The notes under the pieces: model-generated | The model's input: the letters and a program-made list of their open reading frames with translations, nothing else | What the model was told of the DNA's origin: nothing | Databases searched by the model: none | Shown: piece by piece, positions 59,654 through 64,000 of the stretch | Layout: each line of letters opens with the position of its first letter | Position numbering within the stretch: the first letter of the stretch is position 1 | NCBI GenBank assembly: GCA_017625155.1 | Contig: JAGALP010000004.1 | Coordinates: forward strand, 288,414-352,413 | DNA from: Paludibacteraceae bacterium | GTDB lineage: Bacteria > Bacteroidota > Bacteroidia > Bacteroidales > Paludibacteraceae | Length of the DNA: 64,000 nt | Reading direction: 5' to 3' | Position numbers and translations under genes: made by a program

Positions 59654-60025
59654 ATGCATAATTTCCGTAAACTTGACATATGGTCGGATAGTGTGGATCT
59701 TGCAGATACCATCTATACTGTGACAGAGGATTTTCCTCGTCACGAAGTGTATGGACTGGCTTCGCAAATGCAACGTGCTGCTGTATCCATTCCATCCAAC
59801 ATTGCAGAGGGATCGGGAAAATGCTCAGATAAAGATTTTGCGAGATTTTTAGGAATTTCTTTAGGCTCATTGTTTGAATTAGAAACACAGGTGGAAATTG
59901 CACATAGAAGAGGATATATAGGTACACCTATCTATTATAGTCTCAATACAACAATAACTTCCTTACAAAAGCGTGTGTTTATGTTCAGACAATCCATAGA
60001 AGATAGAATCTGCAAAACAAATTAG
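59654..60025 (+). CDS. four-helix-bundle protein (23S rRNA intervening-sequence protein / Avd-like family)
   Basis: ..LDIWSDSVDLADTIY..FP..EVYGLASQMQRAAVSIPSNIAEGSGK.S.KDFARFLGISLGSLFELETQ.. canonical family motifs. Confidence 0.85.
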   Translation: MHNFRKLDIWSDSVDLADTIYTVTEDFPRHEVYGLASQMQRAAVSIPSNIAEGSGKCSDKDFARFLGISLGSLFELETQVEIAHRRGYIGTPIYYSLNTTITSLQKRVFMFRQSIEDRICKTN

Positions 60026-60070
60026 TCTTGATTCCTTGTTCCTGGTTCTTGGCTCAAAAACAAGAAAGTT

Positions 60071-62215
60071 ATGAAACCAAATTTTAAAGATATTGATATC
60101 AAGAAAGTGGCTGCTTCGCATGTAGAAGGAGCCAATGAAGCTAACTGGAAAACACCAGAATTGATTGATGTTAAGCCAGTTTATACCAAAGAAGACCTTG
60201 AGGGCATGGAGCACCTCAACTACGCTTCAGGTATCCCACCATTCCTCCGTGGCCCCTATAGCGCAATGTATCCTCTCCGCCCTTGGACTATCCGCCAATA
60301 CGCAGGTTTCTCTACTGCAGAGGAGTCTAACGCGTTCTACCGCCGTAACTTGGCTTCTGGTCAAAAAGGTCTGTCTGTAGCATTCGACCTTCCAACTCAC
60401 CGTGGTTACAACGCCGACAACATGCGCGTGGTAGGTGATGTGGGTAAAGCAGGTGTAAGTATCTGCTCACTCGAGGACATGAAAGTGTTGTTCGCTGGAA
60501 TTCCATTGAACAAGATGTCTGTGTCTATGACTATGAACGGTGCCGTGTTGCCAATCTTGGCGTTCTACATCAACGCAGGTTTGGAGCAAGGCGCGAAACT
60601 CGAAGAGATGGCTGGTACAATCCAAAACGACATCCTCAAAGAGTTCATGGTGCGTAACACCTATATCTATCCTCCTAAGTTCTCTATGAAGATTATCGCT
60701 GATATCTTCGAATATACCTCACAAAACATGCCTAAGTTCAACTCTATCTCTATCTCTGGTTACCACATGCAAGAGGCAGGTGCTACCGCAGATATCGAGT
60801 TGGCTTACACCTTGGCTGACGGTATGGAGTACCTCCGCGCTGGTGTGAATGCAGGTATGGACGTAGATACCTTCGCTCCACGCTTGTCATTCTTCTGGGC
60901 TATCGGTATGAACCACTTCATGGAGATCGCTAAGATGCGTGCTGGTCGTATGTTGTGGGCAAAAATCGTGAAGTCTTTCGGTGCAAAGAATCCAAAATCT
61001 ATGGCATTGCGTACTCACTGCCAAACATCTGGTTGGTCACTCACCGAGCAAGATCCATTCAACAACGTAGGTCGTACCTGTATCGAGGCCATGGGTGCAG
61101 CGTTGGGTCACACCCAATCATTGCACACCAACGCATTGGACGAGGCCATCGCGTTGCCAACTGACTTCTCTGCTCGTATCGCTCGTAACACTCAGATTTA
61201 CATTCAAGAGGAGACTAAGGTATGTAAGGCCATCGACCCATGGGCAGGTTCTTACTACGTAGAGCAACTCACTCAAGAGCTCGCTGACAAGGCTTGGGCA
61301 CACATCCAAGAGATTGAGAAGCTCGGCGGTATGGCTGCTGCTATCGAGACCGGTATTCCAAAAATGCGTATCGAGGAGGCAGCTGCGCGCACACAAGCAC
61401 GCATCGACTCTGGCGAGCAAAAGATTATCGGCGTGAACGAGCACCGCTTGGCTCACGAGGATCCAATTGATATCCTTGAGATCGACAATACTGCTGTTCG
61501 TGAGGAGCAAGTGGCTCGTTTGCAAGAGCTCCGCGCTCACCGCGATGAGGCAGCTGTACAAGCTGCGTTGGCAGAGATTACTGCTACTGTACAAGAGTGG
61601 GCAGATGGTAAAAAGTGCTCTAACAACTTGCTCGCTTTGGCAGTTAAGGCAGCAGGTCTGCGCGCATCATTGGGCGAGATCTCTGACGCTTGCGAGAAAG
61701 TGGTTGGTCGCTATTCAGCAACTATTAGAACTATTTCAGGCGTGTACGCATCAGGAACTAAAAATGACGAGTTCTTCGTTAAGGCACAAGAACTCACAGC
61801 AGAATTTGCTAAGAAAGAGGGTCGTCAACCTCGTATCATGATTGCTAAGATGGGTCAAGACGGTCACGACCGTGGTGCAAAGGTGGTAGCTACTGGCTAC
61901 GCTGATTGCGGTTTCGATGTGGATATGGGTCCATTGTTCCAAACTCCTGCTGAGGCAGCTAAACAAGCTGTTGAGAACGACGTTCACGTATTGGGTGTAT
62001 CTTCACTTGCTGCTGGTCACAAGACCCTTGTACCACAAGTGATTGAGGAACTCAAGAAGCTTGGCCGCGAGGATATCATGGTTATCGCTGGTGGTGTAAT
62101 CCCTGCGCAAGACTATGACTACCTCTACAAGGCAGGTGTGGCTGCAATCTTTGGCCCTGGTAGCCCAGTGGCTAAGTCAGCTTGCACCATCATGGAGCTT
62201 TTGATGGCTGAGTAA
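60071..62215 (+). CDS. mutB: methylmalonyl-CoA mutase large (alpha) subunit
   Basis: ..[23 protein letters not shown].., ..[20 protein letters not shown].., C-terminal B12 domain ..[13 protein letters not shown].. (DxHxxG). Confidence 0.97.
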   Translation: MKPNFKDIDIKKVAASHVEGANEANWKTPELIDVKPVYTKEDLEGMEHLNYASGIPPFLRGPYSAMYPLRPWTIRQYAGFSTAEESNAFYRRNLASGQKGLSVAFDLPTHRGYNADNMRVVGDVGKAGVSICSLEDMKVLFAGIPLNKMSVSMTMNGAVLPILAFYINAGLEQGAKLEEMAGTIQNDILKEFMVRNTYIYPPKFSMKIIADIFEYTSQNMPKFNSISISGYHMQEAGATADIELAYTLADGMEYLRAGVNAGMDVDTFAPRLSFFWAIGMNHFMEIAKMRAGRMLWAKIVKSFGAKNPKSMALRTHCQTSGWSLTEQDPFNNVGRTCIEAMGAALGHTQSLHTNALDEAIALPTDFSARIARNTQIYIQEETKVCKAIDPWAGSYYVEQLTQELADKAWAHIQEIEKLGGMAAAIETGIPKMRIEEAAARTQARIDSGEQKIIGVNEHRLAHEDPIDILEIDNTAVREEQVARLQELRAHRDEAAVQAALAEITATVQEWADGKKCSNNLLALAVKAAGLRASLGEISDACEKVVGRYSATIRTISGVYASGTKNDEFFVKAQELTAEFAKKEGRQPRIMIAKMGQDGHDRGAKVVATGYADCGFDVDMGPLFQTPAEAAKQAVENDVHVLGVSSLAAGHKTLVPQVIEELKKLGREDIMVIAGGVIPAQDYDYLYKAGVAAIFGPGSPVAKSACTIMELLMAE

Positions 62216-62311
62216 TACTCAAACTGAGTATATTATGAGTAGCCATTTATGTTTTTTAGCATAAATGGCTATTTTTTTGCATCTTTTTTTGCTCAATTCA
62301 AAAAAATACAC

Positions 62312-62319
62312 TATTTTTG
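62312..62319 (+). promoter_or_regulatory. Bacteroidota -7 promoter box TATTTTTG
   Basis: 35 nt upstream of ATG 62354. Confidence 0.45.
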
Positions 62320-62353
62320 CCGCAGGAATCATGTTCTTAATCATTTTTACATT

Positions 62354-63757
62354 ATGCGACACCACCAGAAAATAGCGATTGCACGTCTGATTTCAGACCT
62401 CATCAAATCTGATGATGTGATATGTAGAGAGGAGATTACACTTTACAATCAAATTGTTAGTTCATTCGATATTTCGCAAGACGAACTATACGAAGCGCAA
62501 TTTATCCCACAAGCAGAAGCCGTGGCATACATCAAAAAGATGACGCCTAGCGAACAGAAGAAAATCTACTCAATCCTACAGAAAGCAGCATATTCCGATA
62601 ATTCATGCGTAGCACGCGAAGCATTGTTGCTTCTGACATTGTCGTTGATGCTCAATGATAACGAGGGTAAGTACCATCTGCTATCCTCCTTGATGAAAGG
62701 TTGGCAAAATATCGAAAAATACGTTATGTATATCGAAAGCGATTACATGCCAGCTATCAATGAAGAGATTCAGCAACAATATGAAACGATTTCTAATCTG
62801 TTGCATCTATGGAAGTTTGAGTTTATCTATTTTCCTAAAATTGCTCAATCTTTATGCGAAATGGATCGTGACTACCTATGCGACATTATTCGCTATATGA
62901 ATCCGCGCATTTCTGCTGATATGCTCAATACATTGTATGACCGCTTAACTAAATTCACTACCGAGAGTTTTACGCGAGACTATTTAGGCAATTCATCGCA
63001 TCAGAATCATTTTTATGACATTGAGCCATCGTTGCTAATCAATGTAGGAACATCGCATGTGCCTGCATCTACGCCTGCTTCGCAAGATACGTATTTTATC
63101 AATTTCCTTACTATTCGGCTGGATGATGAACCAAATTGCGTGCTAAACGAGGTGCGACGCTTCTTGGACCAATATGAGACGTTTATCACCGAACCTGAAT
63201 ATCATCGCCCGAAACGAGGAAAGCCCCTCTTTCACTATCATGGATTCTACAAGCAACTTTTTGATTTCTTGGCACGCCATCATACCAATGGCGAAGAAAA
63301 TAAGATACTGATTGATATTCCTGCGCGACGTATATGGATGCGAGGCATAGAGGTACAGATGAGTGCTACGCAATTGGCTACATATGTCTTCATTCTCCAC
63401 CAAACGCTTTGTACGCACCATTGTGGATTGGTCAAAGCAGGTCAGCATCATCCGTTGTCTGACAAAGAGGTGCAACGGTTGGGTCGTACCTATCATACGA
63501 TTTGCAATCTATTTCGCGATACTCCAATCGCTGAACGTTCGTATTTGGAAGATATACAGAATATACGAGGTTATATCGCACGTATCCGCACCTTGATTAT
63601 GCATCATATTGATGAGCAAGATGTGAACTTCTATCTCCCCATCGATTCCAAAGACAAAAGCATGTATCACATCACTATTGATTCTTCCAAGGTGTTTCTT
63701 AAAACGGTCACGGGAGAACAGCTTTTCACTGATTATGCACTTTGGAAACAGTTATGA
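62354..63757 (+). CDS. hypothetical protein with TerB-like N-terminal domain and possible winged-helix C-terminal region
   Basis: ..IAIARLISDLIKSDDVICREEITLYNQI.. resembles TerB-type helical repeats. ..ILIDIPARRIWMRGIEVQMSATQLATYVFIL.. resembles an OmpR-type wHTH. The ORF-track start 62249 lies in promoter DNA. Confidence 0.4.
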   Translation: MRHHQKIAIARLISDLIKSDDVICREEITLYNQIVSSFDISQDELYEAQFIPQAEAVAYIKKMTPSEQKKIYSILQKAAYSDNSCVAREALLLLTLSLMLNDNEGKYHLLSSLMKGWQNIEKYVMYIESDYMPAINEEIQQQYETISNLLHLWKFEFIYFPKIAQSLCEMDRDYLCDIIRYMNPRISADMLNTLYDRLTKFTTESFTRDYLGNSSHQNHFYDIEPSLLINVGTSHVPASTPASQDTYFINFLTIRLDDEPNCVLNEVRRFLDQYETFITEPEYHRPKRGKPLFHYHGFYKQLFDFLARHHTNGEENKILIDIPARRIWMRGIEVQMSATQLATYVFILHQTLCTHHCGLVKAGQHHPLSDKEVQRLGRTYHTICNLFRDTPIAERSYLEDIQNIRGYIARIRTLIMHHIDEQDVNFYLPIDSKDKSMYHITIDSSKVFLKTVTGEQLFTDYALWKQL

Positions 63758-63781
63758 TTTGCGTATCTCGAAAAAAAGTAT

Positions 63782-63789
63782 TACCTTTG
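63782..63789 (+). promoter_or_regulatory. Bacteroidota -7 promoter box TACCTTTG
   Basis: 24 nt upstream of ATG 63813. Confidence 0.5.
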
Positions 63790-63812
63790 TACCCAATTTC
63801 AATTATAATCGT

Positions 63813-64000
63813 ATGACTGCATTTGTATTCCCTGGTCAGGGAGCCCAATTCTCGGGTATGGGCAAAGACCTTTATGACGCATATCCAGAAGCACGCACGA
63901 TGATGTTGCGTGCCAATGATATCCTTGGTTTTTCGCTTACTGACGTTATGTTTGAAGGCACAGACGAAGAATTGCGCCAAACACGCGTTACGCAACCTGC
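63813..64000 (+). CDS. fabD: malonyl CoA-ACP transacylase, N-terminal part (3' end outside window)
   Basis: MTAFVFPGQGAQFSGMGKDLYD..ELRQTRVTQPA; canonical FabD N-terminus. Confidence 0.85.
   Translation, partial: MTAFVFPGQGAQFSGMGKDLYDAYPEARTMMLRANDILGFSLTDVMFEGTDEELRQTRVTQP

Noticed and set aside
59654-60025. Four-helix-bundle gene as evidence for an rRNA intervening sequence or a diversity-generating retroelement
   Set aside because: No rRNA sequence, reverse transcriptase, template/variable repeat pair or target gene is present nearby. Only the stand-alone gene with a flanking inverted repeat is supported.

Overview
A 64 kb chromosomal segment that looks like Bacteroidota, probably Bacteroidales/Prevotella-like. 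This is an inference from about 20 TAnnTTTG -7 promoter boxes, missing Shine-Dalgarno sites and the gene content. All family names come from motif recognition by eye; no database search was run.

Layout:
- 1-15.4 kb: an AT-rich surface-glycan locus on the + strand. It holds a GT2, a Wzy-like protein, a TupA-like ATP-grasp enzyme, a 4-epimerase, a GT4, two FemAB-like transferases, a frameshifted GNAT, an ACP/LbH/SDR/KASIII cassette, three deacetylase-fold genes and a DUF354 gene. An AAA/DUF4143 ATPase module interrupts it.
- 15.4-49 kb: wecB and a cupin-manA fusion on the - strand, then core genes. These include amidase, mlaD, dnaA, an ALDH, a TetR unit with an SDR, an acyl-CoA ligase and a MATE gene, folK, iorAB with an aminotransferase and a CoA-transferase, mutY, HU, rng, a secreted nuclease and nadA.
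- 49-57 kb: an accessory-looking - strand block. It holds a cobalamin riboswitch in front of a DUF4465-like secreted protein, an operon of a small ORF, a small secreted protein and an FGE-domain protein behind a leader terminator, and a low-GC islet with a ParE-like pair.
- 57-64 kb: mgsA-mutA-[four-helix-bundle gene]-mutB, a TerB-like protein and the start of fabD.

No rRNA, tRNA, CRISPR, transposase or integrase was seen.

Most unusual observations:
1. Several families of 16-22 nt exact repeats sit in frame inside unrelated housekeeping genes (iorA twice, ALDH, wecB, two adjacent genes at 48-49 kb) and also in intergenic DNA.
2. A two-copy element of about 60-70 nt shows compensatory base changes and a co-varying upstream complement.
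3. Long structured leaders with mutually exclusive helices or terminators precede the secreted-protein genes.
4. The ATPase module sits between 108 bp duplicates that are 90% identical and differ mostly at synonymous sites.
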